NCBI GenBank assembly: GCA_002256005.1
Contig: NKIQ01000017.1
Span: forward strand, 5,040 to 69,039
Direction: 5' to 3'
Length of the DNA: 64,000 nt
DNA from: Alphaproteobacteria bacterium PA4
GTDB taxonomy: Bacteria; Pseudomonadota; Alphaproteobacteria; Sphingomonadales; Sphingomonadaceae
The position numbers and the translations under genes were made by a program. Shown one piece after another: positions 30,703-40,648 of the stretch. The notes beneath the pieces are model-generated. The model searched no databases and was not told where the DNA came from. It worked only from the letters and a program-made list of their open reading frames with translations. Every line of letters begins with the position of its first letter. Position 1 is the first letter of the stretch.

Positions 30703-31520
30703 CCCGCCCAGCCCGTCACTGCAAAAAATGCGGCGCCGGCGATCGCCACCGGCACCAGCCCGTCCAGCCGGTCCATCACCCCGCCATGGCCGGGCAGGAT
30801 ATTGCCCGAATCCTTGACCCCGGTGCGCCGCTTCAGCCAGGATTCGAACAGGTCACCGAGGATCGCCAGCACCGCCAGCACCCCGGCGACGATGGCGAAT
30901 TTCCAGCCGCCCTGCCCCTGCATTTCCACCAGATAGGCCATGGCCAGCCCGCCGCCGACGATCATGGCGCCGATAATACCGCCGATGGCGCCGGCCTGGG
31001 TCTTGTTGGGGCTGATCGCCGGGGCGAGCTTGGGCCCGCCGATGGCGCGGCCGGTGAAATAGGCGGCAATGTCGGTCGCCCAGACGCAGACCAGCACGAA
31101 CACCGTCGCCGCCAGCCCCAGCGCCAGGCCGCGCAGCCAGATCAGCGCCAGCGCCGGCAGGCCGCAATAGAGGATGCCGGCAAAGGCCCAGAAGCCGCGC
31201 CCGCGCGCCAGCCCGCCGATGAACAGGCCGATGAGCGCGCCGCCGATGACCAGCGTCAGCACCGCCTCGCCGGTGGTCAGCAGCGTCATGGCGATGATGC
31301 TGCCGCCGAGCAGCGCCAGCCCGGCCAGCCGCACGCCGCGGCCCAGTTTCAGCATCACCGACCATTCGGCGAACATGATGAGGACGGCGGCGGCGATCAG
31401 CGCCGTGTAGAAGGGGCCGCCGCGCTGCACCGCGGCCAGCGCCACCACCACCAGCACCACCCCGGTCAGGATGCGCGCCAGCAACGGGTTGCGCGCGGCG
31501 AAACCGTCAGCGACCGCCAA
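30699..31520 (-). CDS. cdsA: phosphatidate cytidylyltransferase
   Basis: Multi-TM protein with the C-terminal CDS signature [27 protein letters not shown]. Start is uncertain: TTG 31520 chosen, overlapping the uppS stop by 14 nt. The ORF extension upstream looks non-coding. Confidence 0.8.
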   Translation of the reverse strand: MAVADGFAARNPLLARILTGVVLVVVALAAVQRGGPFYTALIAAAVLIMFAEWSVMLKLGRGVRLAGLALLGGSIIAMTLLTTGEAVLTLVIGGALIGLFIGGLARGRGFWAFAGILYCGLPALALIWLRGLALGLAATVFVLVCVWATDIAAYFTGRAIGGPKLAPAISPNKTQAGAIGGIIGAMIVGGGLAMAYLVEMQGQGGWKFAIVAGVLAVLAILGDLFESWLKRRTGVKDSGNILPGHGGVMDRLDGLVPVAIAGAAFFAVTGWAG

Positions 31521-32241
31521 AGCGGCGCTCCCTTGTGGCGAATTCGGCCACGGCACCGGCCAGCGCCGCCGCATCGAAATCCGGCCACAGCGTGTCGGTG
31601 GCGACGAATTCGGCATAGGCCGACTGCCAGAGCAGGAAGTTCGACAGCCGCATTTCGCCCGAGGTGCGCAGCACCAGATCGGGCGGCGGCAGGCCGGCGG
31701 TGTCGAGCCGGGCTTCGAGCGTCGCCACCGTGATCGTCGCCGGATCAAGCCGGCCGGCAGCGGCCTCCGCGGCCAGCGTCTGCGCGGCGCGCACCAGTTC
31801 GTTCTGGCCGCCATAGTTCAGCGCCATGATGAGGGTCAGCCGGGTGTTGCCGGCCGTCTTGGCGCGGGCATCGTCGAGCAGTGCGACGAGATCGGGCTTC
31901 AGCGCGCGATAATCGCCGATGAAGTCCAGCCGCACGCCATTCCGGTGCAATTCGTTGATTTCGGAGCGGATATAGTGGCGGAGCAGCCCCATCAGGTCCG
32001 ACACTTCATCGGCCGGGCGCTTCCAGTTCTCGCTCGAAAAGGCGTAGAGCGTCAGCACCTCGATGCCGAGGCCGGGCGCTGCCTCCACGACACGGCGCAC
32101 CGCTTCGACACCGGCGCGATGGCCGGCGATGCGCGGCAGGCGCCGGGCCTTGGCCCAGCGGCCATTGCCATCCATGATGATGGCAAGGTGGCGCAGACCC
32201 GCCGCCTCGCCGCCATGGGCCGGGGCGGCCGCGCCGGTCAC
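31507..32241 (-). CDS. uppS: isoprenyl transferase (undecaprenyl-diphosphate synthase)
   Basis: [13 protein letters not shown] and ...LWQSAYAEF motifs. GTGA overlap with frr. Confidence 0.9.
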   Translation of the reverse strand: MTGAAAPAHGGEAAGLRHLAIIMDGNGRWAKARRLPRIAGHRAGVEAVRRVVEAAPGLGIEVLTLYAFSSENWKRPADEVSDLMGLLRHYIRSEINELHRNGVRLDFIGDYRALKPDLVALLDDARAKTAGNTRLTLIMALNYGGQNELVRAAQTLAAEAAAGRLDPATITVATLEARLDTAGLPPPDLVLRTSGEMRLSNFLLWQSAYAEFVATDTLWPDFDAAALAGAVAEFATRERRFGGR

Positions 32242-32807
32242 TTGCCGAGGATTTCCTTTTCCTTGGCGGCGGTGGCGGCATCGATGTCGACCATCGCCTT
32301 GTCGGTGATCTTCTGGACGTCGGCTTCCAGCTTCTTCTGCTCGTCCTGGCTGATCTTGCCCTTCTTTTCGGCGGTCTTCAGCGCTTCCATGCCGTCACGG
32401 CGGACGTTGCGGGCGGCGATCTTGGCCTTTTCGGCATAGCTCGACGCCAGCTTGGCCATTTCCTTGCGGCGTTCCTCGGTCATGTCCGGAATGGGCAGGC
32501 GCAGCGTCTGGCCGTCGGTGATCGGGTTGAGGCCGAGGCCGGCGGAGCGGATCGCCTTTTCCACCGGCGTGACGTTGGAGCGGTCCCAGACCTGCACGCT
32601 CAGCATGCGCGGTTCCGGCGCGGTCACCGTCGCCACCTGCGACAGCGGCATGGCCGAGCCATAGACTTCGACCGTCACCGGATCGAGCAGGCTGGTGTTG
32701 GCGCGGCCGGTCCTGAGGCCGGCGAGATCATGCTTCAACGCCTCGATGGCGCCGGTCGTGCGGCGCTCCAGATCGGCCTTCCAGGGGCCGGCTTCGAATT
32801 CAGCCAT
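32238..32807 (-). CDS. frr: ribosome recycling factor
   Basis: 189 aa from ATG 32807, with [15 protein letters not shown] and a C-terminal Lys/Glu-rich helix. Confidence 0.9.
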   Translation of the reverse strand: MAEFEAGPWKADLERRTTGAIEALKHDLAGLRTGRANTSLLDPVTVEVYGSAMPLSQVATVTAPEPRMLSVQVWDRSNVTPVEKAIRSAGLGLNPITDGQTLRLPIPDMTEERRKEMAKLASSYAEKAKIAARNVRRDGMEALKTAEKKGKISQDEQKKLEADVQKITDKAMVDIDAATAAKEKEILGK

Positions 32808-33534
32808 GGGCCATGTCCTCACCTGTAACGATTGTCGAAGTGCCCTCACCCTTCAGCACCGCGGCCAGCGTGCCGGCCTCGCGAATGTTGAACACGATGA
32901 TAGGAATATTGTTTTCGCGGCACATGGACACCGCACTGGCGTCCATCACCTTCAGATTGTCGTTGAGCACCTTGGCATAGGTCAAAGTCTCGTAGCGCGT
33001 CGCCGTCGCCACCTTCTTGGGGTCGGCATCATAGACGCCGTCGACCGACGTGCCCTTCAGGAGCGCGTTGCAGTTCATTTCGGCAGCGCGCAGCGCGGCA
33101 CCGGTATCGGTGGTGAAGAAGGGATTGCCGGTGCCGGCGACGAAGATCACCACCCGGCCCCTTTCCATGTGCCGCATGGCGCGGCGCCGAATGAAGGGTT
33201 CGCAGACCGACGGCATCGGGATCGCCGATTGCACGCGGGTCGGCACCTCCAGCGCCTCCAGCGCGTTCTGCATGGCGAGGCCGTTCATGACCGTCGCCAG
33301 CATCCCCATGTAATCGGCCGAGCCCCGCTCGAAGCCCTTGGCGGCGGCCGCCACACCACGGAAGATGTTGCCACCGCCAACGACGATGCAGACTTCATAG
33401 CCGGCGGCAACCACCGACTTGATCTCGCGGGCGATGCGATCGGTTTCGGCGGGGTCGATGCCATACTGGCCCTGCCCCATCAGGGCTTCCCCGGACAATT
33501 TCAGCAGGATGCGCTTGAATCCGGACCTTGGCAT
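32800..33534 (-). CDS. pyrH: UMP kinase
   Basis: [15 protein letters not shown] and [10 protein letters not shown]. Start is ATG 33534 or ATG 33549. Confidence 0.9.
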   Translation of the reverse strand: MPRSGFKRILLKLSGEALMGQGQYGIDPAETDRIAREIKSVVAAGYEVCIVVGGGNIFRGVAAAAKGFERGSADYMGMLATVMNGLAMQNALEALEVPTRVQSAIPMPSVCEPFIRRRAMRHMERGRVVIFVAGTGNPFFTTDTGAALRAAEMNCNALLKGTSVDGVYDADPKKVATATRYETLTYAKVLNDNLKVMDASAVSMCRENNIPIIVFNIREAGTLAAVLKGEGTSTIVTGEDMAHG

Positions 33535-33696
33535 GTCGCTGGCTTTCATCCCCCATTTGGTCGTGTCACGACCATGCACCCCATTGCGCTTCTAGTCACG
33601 CGCAAGGCTGGTGCCAAGAACTCATGCAGCCGGATCGCCCGGCTGAACGGCGGCGGTTGGCCGGGCCGGAGGTCTTCCCCCCGGCCCGGCGCCCCA

Positions 33697-34623
33697 TCAC
33701 ATGCCGGCAGCCGCCGCCACTTCGGCGGCAAAGTCCTTTTCCTCACGCTCGATGCCTTCGCCCAGCTGCAGGCGGACGAAGGACGTCAGCGTGATCGGAG
33801 CGCCCGCGGCCTTGGCAGCGTTGGCGATGACATCGGCGACCTTGGTCTTGCCGTCCATCACGAACAGCTGCGTCAGCAGCGAGTTTTCCTGGGCGTATTT
33901 GCGCACGCCGCCTTCGATCATCTTCTCGATGATCTCGGCCGGCTTGCCCGAGGTCGCGGCCTTTTCGCGGGCGATGGCACGCTCGCGCTCGACCAGCGCC
34001 TGGTCGAGGCCCGATTCGTCCAGCGCCAGCGGGTTGGCAGCGGCGATGTGCATCGCGAGCTGCTTGCCCAGCGCTTCCAGCGTTTCGGCCGGGGCGGTCG
34101 ATTCCAAGCCGACGAGCACGCCGATCTTGCCGAGGCCCGACGCCGTGGCGTTGTGGACGTACGACGTGACGACGCCTTCATTGACTTCGACGATGGCGGC
34201 GCGGCGCAGGTTCTGGTGCTCGCCGATGGTGGCGACATTGTGGGTCAGCTTGTCATGCACGCTGCCATCGCTTTCCGGATAGGAAGCGGCGAGCAGGGTG
34301 GCGACATCGCTGCCCAGTTCGGCGGCAATGGCGGTGACGGTGCGCACGAAACCCTGGAAGGTGTCGTTCTTGGCAACGAAGTCGGTTTCCGAATTGACTT
34401 CGACCATGGCGCCGCGCTTGCCGGCGACGGTGACGCCGATCAGGCCTTCGGCCGCGGTGCGGCCGGCCTTCTTGGCGGCAGCCGCCAGGCCCTTGGTGCG
34501 CAGCCAGTCGACCGCGGCTTCCATGTCGCCGGCGGTTTCGTTCAGCGCCTTCTTGCAATCCATCATGCCTGCGCCGGTGCGGTCGCGCAGGTCCTTCACC
34601 ATCGCGGCGGTGATATCGGCCAT
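33697..34623 (-). CDS. tsf: translation elongation factor Ts
   Basis: [35 protein letters not shown] lies before ATG 34623. Confidence 0.95.
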   Translation of the reverse strand: MADITAAMVKDLRDRTGAGMMDCKKALNETAGDMEAAVDWLRTKGLAAAAKKAGRTAAEGLIGVTVAGKRGAMVEVNSETDFVAKNDTFQGFVRTVTAIAAELGSDVATLLAASYPESDGSVHDKLTHNVATIGEHQNLRRAAIVEVNEGVVTSYVHNATASGLGKIGVLVGLESTAPAETLEALGKQLAMHIAAANPLALDESGLDQALVERERAIAREKAATSGKPAEIIEKMIEGGVRKYAQENSLLTQLFVMDGKTKVADVIANAAKAAGAPITLTSFVRLQLGEGIEREEKDFAAEVAAAAGM

Positions 34624-34780
34624 GTCGTGGCTCCTTTTGCTCAAAAATCGGATGCTGGCCGATGGACGGCCAATGTTACAAACTGAAGAACGGCCCTGAG
34701 GAAACGGCCGGGCGCAGCGGATGCGCACCCGGCCGAAACCTCAGGCGATTGCCGGACCCGAGGCCCGGCGCTGGATGCGC

Positions 34781-35596
34781 TCAGGCTTCCGGTGCGGCTT
34801 CCACGGCGTCGGCCATGGTGACCGGCGCGGCTTCGACTTCCGGCTCGGCGAGTGCGAACTCGACCGGTGCTTCTTCCATCGCACCCAGGTCGATGCCCCG
34901 GTCGGCGGCGCGGCCCTGGCGGGCCTCGATCACCGTGTCGGCGATGGCATTGACATAGAGCATGATGGCGCGGCTGGCGTCGTCATTGCCCGGAATCGGG
35001 AAGGCGATGCCGCTCGGATCGGTGTTGGTGTCGAGGATGGCGACGACCGGGATGCCCAGCACATTGGCTTCCTTGACCGCCAGCTCTTCCTTGTTGACGT
35101 CGATGATGAAGATCACGTCCGGCAGGCCGCCCATGTCGCGGATGCCGCCCAGCGACAGCTCGAACTTGTCGCGCTCGCGGGTCAGCTTCAGCACTTCCTT
35201 CTTGGTCAGGCCCTGCGTGTCGCCCGAAAGCTGCTCTTCCAGCGTCTTGAACTTCTTGATCGAGCCCGAGATCGTCTTCCAGTTGGTGAGCATGCCGCCC
35301 AGCCAGCGATGGTTGACATAATGCTGGCCGCAGCGACGCGCCGCTTCGGCGATCGGGTCCTGTGCCTGGCGCTTGGTGCCGACGAACAGCACCTTGCCGC
35401 CCGACTGCACGGTGCCGCGCACGAAATCGAGCGCGCGCGCGAACAGCGGCACGGACTGCGACAGATCGATGATGTGGACGCCGTTGCGGTCACCGAAGAT
35501 GTAAGGCTTCATCTTCGGATTCCAGCGGTGGGTCTGGTGGCCGAAATGGGCGCCGGCTTCCAAAAGCTGCGCCATCGTGACGACGGGTGCCGCCAT
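34781..35596 (-). CDS. rpsB: 30S ribosomal protein S2
   Basis: [22 protein letters not shown]... with an acidic/Ala-rich C-terminal tail. ATG at 35596. Confidence 0.95.
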   Translation of the reverse strand: MAAPVVTMAQLLEAGAHFGHQTHRWNPKMKPYIFGDRNGVHIIDLSQSVPLFARALDFVRGTVQSGGKVLFVGTKRQAQDPIAEAARRCGQHYVNHRWLGGMLTNWKTISGSIKKFKTLEEQLSGDTQGLTKKEVLKLTRERDKFELSLGGIRDMGGLPDVIFIIDVNKEELAVKEANVLGIPVVAILDTNTDPSGIAFPIPGNDDASRAIMLYVNAIADTVIEARQGRAADRGIDLGAMEEAPVEFALAEPEVEAAPVTMADAVEAAPEA

Positions 35597-35747
35597 AATT
35601 CTCTCTCCTCTATCCGGTTTGACCGCTGCAGGGGATGTTCGGGGCACGCCCGACACCGGATGGGTTGCCCCTGCATGGGGTTTCCGGCACGATTGCCGGA
35701 GGCGGCGCATTAGCGGCGACGACCGTCCGGGTCAAGAGGAGAGAGGC

Positions 35748-36131
35748 ATGACGGCAGCTCTGGCATTGGCCACACCGGTCACCTTCATCATCACGGCGGA
35801 CGCGGCGCGATCGCGGCGCTTCTACGCCGAAACGCTCGGCCTGCCGCTGGGCGCGCAGGACAATTTCGCCACGGTCTATGGCCTCGCCGGCACCATCTTG
35901 CGCGTGACCGAAGTGCCGGGCTTTGTCGCCGGGCCACATCCGGTGCTGGGCTGGAAGGTGGCGGACATTGCGGCGACGGTGACGGCGCTGACGGCGGCGG
36001 GCGTTGCCTTCACCATCTACGATGGCTTCGGCCAGGATGCGCAGGGCATCTGGACGTCGCCGGACGGCGTCGCGAAAGTGGCCTGGTTCAACGACCCCGA
36101 CGGCAATGTGCTGAGCCTGACGCAGCAATGA
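35748..36131 (+). CDS. VOC (glyoxalase fold) family protein
   Basis: 127 aa. SD AGAGGAGAGAGG upstream. C-terminal WFNDPDGNVLSL is typical of the VOC fold. Confidence 0.65.
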   Translation: MTAALALATPVTFIITADAARSRRFYAETLGLPLGAQDNFATVYGLAGTILRVTEVPGFVAGPHPVLGWKVADIAATVTALTAAGVAFTIYDGFGQDAQGIWTSPDGVAKVAWFNDPDGNVLSLTQQ

Positions 36132-36182
36132 CGGGTTGCGACCAGCGGGCGGCAGCGGCAGGCGTTCCGGCTGGCGCCGGGC

Positions 36183-36596
36183 TCAGAAGCTGCTGATTTC
36201 GACGCCGACGGCAGCGCAATCGGGATAGATGTCCGGCTTGCGCGTCGAGACGCGCAGCGCGGTCACACCCTGGCGGGCCGCGACCAGCGCATAGATTTCA
36301 TGCGCCACGGTTTCCTGCAGGTTGAAGCGACGATCCCGGACCAGCGCCATCACCGATGAGCGCAGCGTGTTATAGTCCCAGGCCTCGGCAACCGTATCGC
36401 ATTGCGGGAAACTGGCTTCGGACAGCCAGACCTCGATATTGACGCGCAGGCGCTGCGGCGTGCCGATCTCGAAATCGTGAAAGCCGATGTCGACCGGCAG
36501 ATCGAAGTCTTCCAGCATGATCTTGCGGCTCTTCGGCGCCAGCGCCGCCGGAACCAGGCCGGTCAGCACCGGATTTTGCACGAAAGTATCGATCAT
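36183..36596 (-). CDS. folB: dihydroneopterin aldolase family protein
   Basis: 137 aa with a FolB-like core (IGFHDFEIGTPQRLRVNIEVW...DYNTL). ATGA-coupled to the upstream SDR gene. Confidence 0.65.
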   Translation of the reverse strand: MIDTFVQNPVLTGLVPAALAPKSRKIMLEDFDLPVDIGFHDFEIGTPQRLRVNIEVWLSEASFPQCDTVAEAWDYNTLRSSVMALVRDRRFNLQETVAHEIYALVAARQGVTALRVSTRKPDIYPDCAAVGVEISSF

Positions 36597-37354
36597 GTGT
36601 CCACCATATACGCCACGTCACGCGGCAAGCCCATCAGACGCTGGCCGCCGTCGAGCGTCAGCGTTTGGGCGTTCAACGTCGGCGTGGCAATGATGAAGCG
36701 CAGCGCCGTGACAATCTCGCCCACCGAGACACCGCGCCCCAACGGGTTGAGACCATGCACCGCCGCGAAATTCTCGCGGCTCTGCGGCCCGCTGACCAGC
36801 GTCACCGCCGGCGCAATGGCATTGCACCTGATTCGCGGCGCATAGGCCCGCGCCGTCAATTCGGTCAGACCGGCAAAGCCGATCTTCGACAGCGTATAGG
36901 TGAAGTAATCGGGATTGAGCGCCGACAGCTTGGCATCGAGCAGATTGACGATCAGCGCCGGTTCGCCATCCGCAACACAAGCGGCGGCAAAGGCGCGGCT
37001 GAGCAGCGCCGGGGCGCGCAGGTTGATCGCCATGTGCGTGTCGAAATCGGCGGACTCGAAATCCTCGATACGGTCATAGACGAAGCGCGACGCCGAATTG
37101 ACCAGCAGGCGCAGCGGCGGCAGGCCGGCGGCGGCGGCGATGATCGTGTCGGCAGCGGCGGGATCGGCGAGATCGGCGGTGACGACCGTGGCATGGCCGA
37201 GTTCGGCCGCCAGCGCTTCAGCCTCGGCGACCGAGGTGTTGCAGTGGATGACGACATGCCAGCCATCGGCGGCCAGCGCCCGGGCCAGGGCGGCGCCGAT
37301 ACGCTTGGCGCCGCCGGTAACGATGGCGGTTGCAGGGGGGGCGTGAGCATTCAT
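36593..37354 (-). CDS. SDR-family oxidoreductase (pteridine-reductase/FolM-like by context)
   Basis: TGGAKRIGAALA Rossmann motif and YTLSK (YxxxK) catalytic motif. Start at ATG 37354. Confidence 0.7.
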   Translation of the reverse strand: MNAHAPPATAIVTGGAKRIGAALARALAADGWHVVIHCNTSVAEAEALAAELGHATVVTADLADPAAADTIIAAAAGLPPLRLLVNSASRFVYDRIEDFESADFDTHMAINLRAPALLSRAFAAACVADGEPALIVNLLDAKLSALNPDYFTYTLSKIGFAGLTELTARAYAPRIRCNAIAPAVTLVSGPQSRENFAAVHGLNPLGRGVSVGEIVTALRFIIATPTLNAQTLTLDGGQRLMGLPRDVAYMVDT

Positions 37355-37397
37355 GCCGGCGCGATAGCGCTCGCGCCCGCCCCCGGCAATGCGGCGA

Positions 37398-38585
37398 TCA
37401 GCGCAGGGCCGCGGCGACGCCCTTGATGCTGCCATCGGTGCGCATCGGCTTCAGGCCGAGCAGGCGGAGCAGCAGCGGCTGGACGTCGACATTGTCGAAG
37501 GCGGGCAGCCGCGTGCCGGGCTTGAACGCCGGGCCGGCGGCCACGAAGGTCGCCGCCATTTCGGGCGCGAGATTGTCATAGCCATGGGCGCCGCCGCGCT
37601 TCATCTCGCTGGTCGGCAGGTTGGGCAGGATCAGCCAGCCGGTTTCGGCAAGGCAGACGAAGGCCGGCACGCGCGCGTTGCGGCCATAATGCAGGCGCTT
37701 CGGCACATCGGCCTTGGGCCAGCATTGCATATGGTCGTGTTTGGCGAGCAGCACTTTGGCGAGGGCAGCCTCCTGCCCCGGCGCGGCGGCAATGGTGGCG
37801 AAGCTGCCGGCGGTGATGGCGCGATAGCTGGTCTGTGGTGCGAGAAGGTCGAGACGCACGACTCGCGCCGGATCGGTGGCGGCCATGCCGTGATCGGACA
37901 CCACGATGATGTTGGCGGCAATGCCGCGGGTATTCAGGCCGTCGATCAGCCGGCCGATCTGGGTGTCGACGGCCGCCACGGCGTCGGTGGTCGTCGCGGC
38001 ATCCGGGCCGGCTTCATGCCCGGCATGATCGACCGAATCGAAATAGAGCGTCATCAGCGCCGGCGGCTGCGGCTGGGTGGCCCAGGCGAGGATCTGGTCG
38101 ACGCGCGCCGGTTCCGGCAGCTTGTCGTCGAACACCATCCACTGCCTGGGCCTGATGCCGTGCACCGGCGCTTCCGAACCCGGCCAAAACATCGTCGCGG
38201 TGGCGAGCCCGGCGCGCTCCGCCGTCACCCAGATCGGCTCGGCCTGGTCCCACCAGCGCCGGTCGCCCACGGCATCGCGATTGGCCATCGAAAAGCGCAC
38301 GCCGGGAATGGCGGGATCCTCCATGGTGTTGGCGACGATGCCGTTGCGATCGGGGCGCAGTCCGGTGACGAGGGTGTAGTGATTGGGGAAGGTGATCGAC
38401 GGCCAGCTCGGCCGCATCGCCGTGGCGCGGGTGCCGGCGGCGGCGAGCGCGTTGAGATGCGGCGTGACGTTGCGGTCGAGATAATCGGGGCGGAAACCAT
38501 CAATGGACACGAGGATGACCGGCACAGGGGCAGCCTGTGCCGCCGCAGCGAACAGCAGGGACAACAGCAGCAGCAGGCGGCGCAT
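37398..38585 (-). CDS. secreted nucleotide pyrophosphatase/phosphodiesterase (alkaline-phosphatase superfamily)
   Basis: Signal peptide MRRLLLLLSLLFAAAAQA. Motifs SIDGFRPDY, TFPNHYTLVTG and SDHGM. Confidence 0.75.
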   Translation of the reverse strand: MRRLLLLLSLLFAAAAQAAPVPVILVSIDGFRPDYLDRNVTPHLNALAAAGTRATAMRPSWPSITFPNHYTLVTGLRPDRNGIVANTMEDPAIPGVRFSMANRDAVGDRRWWDQAEPIWVTAERAGLATATMFWPGSEAPVHGIRPRQWMVFDDKLPEPARVDQILAWATQPQPPALMTLYFDSVDHAGHEAGPDAATTTDAVAAVDTQIGRLIDGLNTRGIAANIIVVSDHGMAATDPARVVRLDLLAPQTSYRAITAGSFATIAAAPGQEAALAKVLLAKHDHMQCWPKADVPKRLHYGRNARVPAFVCLAETGWLILPNLPTSEMKRGGAHGYDNLAPEMAATFVAAGPAFKPGTRLPAFDNVDVQPLLLRLLGLKPMRTDGSIKGVAAALR

Positions 38586-38685
38586 TGGCGAATCTCCTCG
38601 ATCACGACGCTCTTAGCGCGATTTTGTGACGCTGCGAGGGGCTGGCGGTTTGCGCCGCCCCCTTTTCCTCCCTAAATCCCCCCTG

Positions 38686-40623
38686 ATGTCCCCGCCCACC
38701 CCGCCTCCGCCGCTCAACGACCGGTTCGCGGAAGAAACCGCCACCTTCACCGTGCAGGGCAAGGAAGCCCCTGATATCGATCGCGGCATCGCCGCCATCC
38801 GCAATGTGGTGCGCACGCTGCCGACGCGGCCGGGCGTCTATCGCATGGTCGATGCCACCGGCGCCGTGCTCTATATCGGCAAGGCGCGGGCGCTGAAGAA
38901 CCGGGTGACGAACTACACCCAGGTCAGCCGGCTGTCGCGGCGCCTGCAGCGCATGGTGGCGCAGACGCGGGACATGGTGATCGTCACCACCAATTCGGAA
39001 TCGGAAGCGCTGCTGCTGGAGGCGCAGCTGATCAAGCGCTACCGCCCCCCGTACAATGTGCTGCTGCGCGACGACAAGAGTTTCCCCTTCATCTTCCTGC
39101 GCGAAGATCATGATTTCCCTCGCATTTCCAAGCATCGTGGGGCGCGCCAGGGCAAGGGCGTGTTCTACGGCCCCTTCGCCAGCGCCGGCGCCGTCAATAC
39201 GACGCTGAACGCCCTGCAAAAGGTGTTCCTGCTGCGATCCTGCACCGACAGTTTCTTCGCCAATCGCGAGCGGCCCTGCCTGCTACACCAGATCAAGCGC
39301 TGTTCCGCCCCCTGCACCGGCCGCATCAGCGACACGGCCTATGCCGAGCTGGTCGCCGACGCCAAGGCCTTCCTGTCCGGCAGGACGCAGGAGGCGCAGA
39401 AGAAGCTCGGCGACGCCATGATGCAGGCTGCCGAAGCCCGCGACTTCGAGATCGCCGCCGTGCTGCGCGACCGGCTGCGGGCGCTGACCTTCATCCAGGG
39501 CAGCCAGGCCATCAACGCCGAAGGCAGCGCCAGCGACGCCGACATCATCGCCCTGGCCAGCGCCGGTGGCGCCATATGCATCCAGATCTTCTTCATCCGC
39601 GGCGGCCAGAATTGGGGGCATCGCGCCTTTTTTCCCGGCCATACCGAAGGGATGGGCGAGGACGAGGTGCTGATGAGCTTCCTCGCCCAGTTGTACGAGG
39701 AACTGCCGCCGCCACGCGAGCTGATGCTCGACCGGCCGCTGACGGAGGCGGTGCTGCTCGCCGACGCCCTGTCGGACAAGGCCGGGCACCGCGTCGGTGT
39801 GAAGGCGCCGCAGCGTGGCCCCAATCGCAAGCTGGTCGAACAGGCGCGCCGCAACGCCGTCGAGGCGCTGGAGCGCCGCCAGGCCGAGAGCACCACCCAG
39901 GGCCGCCTGCTGATCGAGCTCGCCGACCTGTTCGCGCTGGAGGCGCCGCCGCAGCGCATCGAAGTCTATGACAACAGCCATATCATGGGCAGCAACGCGC
40001 TGGGCGCGATGATCGTCGCCGGGCCGGACGGGTTTCGCAAGAACCAGTATCGCAAGTTCAACATGAACGACGCCAGCATCACGCCGGGTGACGATTTCGC
40101 CATGATGAAGGCGATGCTGTCGCGCCGCTTCGCCCGGCTGGAAAAGGAAGACCCCGAGCGCAGCGCCGGCGAATGGCCGGACCTGCTGCTGATCGACGGC
40201 GGCCGCGGGCAATTGTCGGCAGTCAACGCCGCGCTGGCCGAATTGGGCGTTGAGGGCGTGCCGATCGTCGGCGTGTCAAAGGGCTTCGACCGTGACGCCG
40301 GTCGCGAAACCTTTCACCTGCCCGACGGTCGCGATCTGCACCTGCCGCCCAACGCGCCGGTGCTGTTCTTCCTGCAACGGCTGCGCGACGAGGCACACCG
40401 CTTCGCCATCGGCGCCCACCGCGCCAAGCGCAGCAAGGCCATCGCCGCCAACCCGCTCGACGATGTGCCCGGCATCGGCCCGGCACGCAAGAAGGCGCTG
40501 CTGATGCACTTCGGCACATCACGCGCGGTGCGCGGCGCGACGCTGGAAGATCTCGAAAAGGCGCCGGGCATATCGCGCGCCATGGCGATGGCCATCCACG
40601 CGCATTTCCACCCGCGCGGGTAA
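38686..40623 (+). CDS. uvrC: excinuclease ABC subunit C
   Basis: GIY-YIG region GVYRMVDATGAVLYIGKARALKNRV, a UVR domain and a C-terminal (HhH)2. Start at ATG 38686; GTG 38626 is possible. Confidence 0.9.
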   Translation: MSPPTPPPPLNDRFAEETATFTVQGKEAPDIDRGIAAIRNVVRTLPTRPGVYRMVDATGAVLYIGKARALKNRVTNYTQVSRLSRRLQRMVAQTRDMVIVTTNSESEALLLEAQLIKRYRPPYNVLLRDDKSFPFIFLREDHDFPRISKHRGARQGKGVFYGPFASAGAVNTTLNALQKVFLLRSCTDSFFANRERPCLLHQIKRCSAPCTGRISDTAYAELVADAKAFLSGRTQEAQKKLGDAMMQAAEARDFEIAAVLRDRLRALTFIQGSQAINAEGSASDADIIALASAGGAICIQIFFIRGGQNWGHRAFFPGHTEGMGEDEVLMSFLAQLYEELPPPRELMLDRPLTEAVLLADALSDKAGHRVGVKAPQRGPNRKLVEQARRNAVEALERRQAESTTQGRLLIELADLFALEAPPQRIEVYDNSHIMGSNALGAMIVAGPDGFRKNQYRKFNMNDASITPGDDFAMMKAMLSRRFARLEKEDPERSAGEWPDLLLIDGGRGQLSAVNAALAELGVEGVPIVGVSKGFDRDAGRETFHLPDGRDLHLPPNAPVLFFLQRLRDEAHRFAIGAHRAKRSKAIAANPLDDVPGIGPARKKALLMHFGTSRAVRGATLEDLEKAPGISRAMAMAIHAHFHPRG

Positions 40624-40648
40624 CCGGCGTCCGGTCCCGACAGCCCCG

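Noticed and set aside
33660-33690. A 10-bp GC hairpin just downstream of tsf, considered as a terminator.
   Set aside because: No U-tract follows on the coding strand. It could be an attenuator or processing site between tsf and pyrH, but the sequence alone does not support a call.
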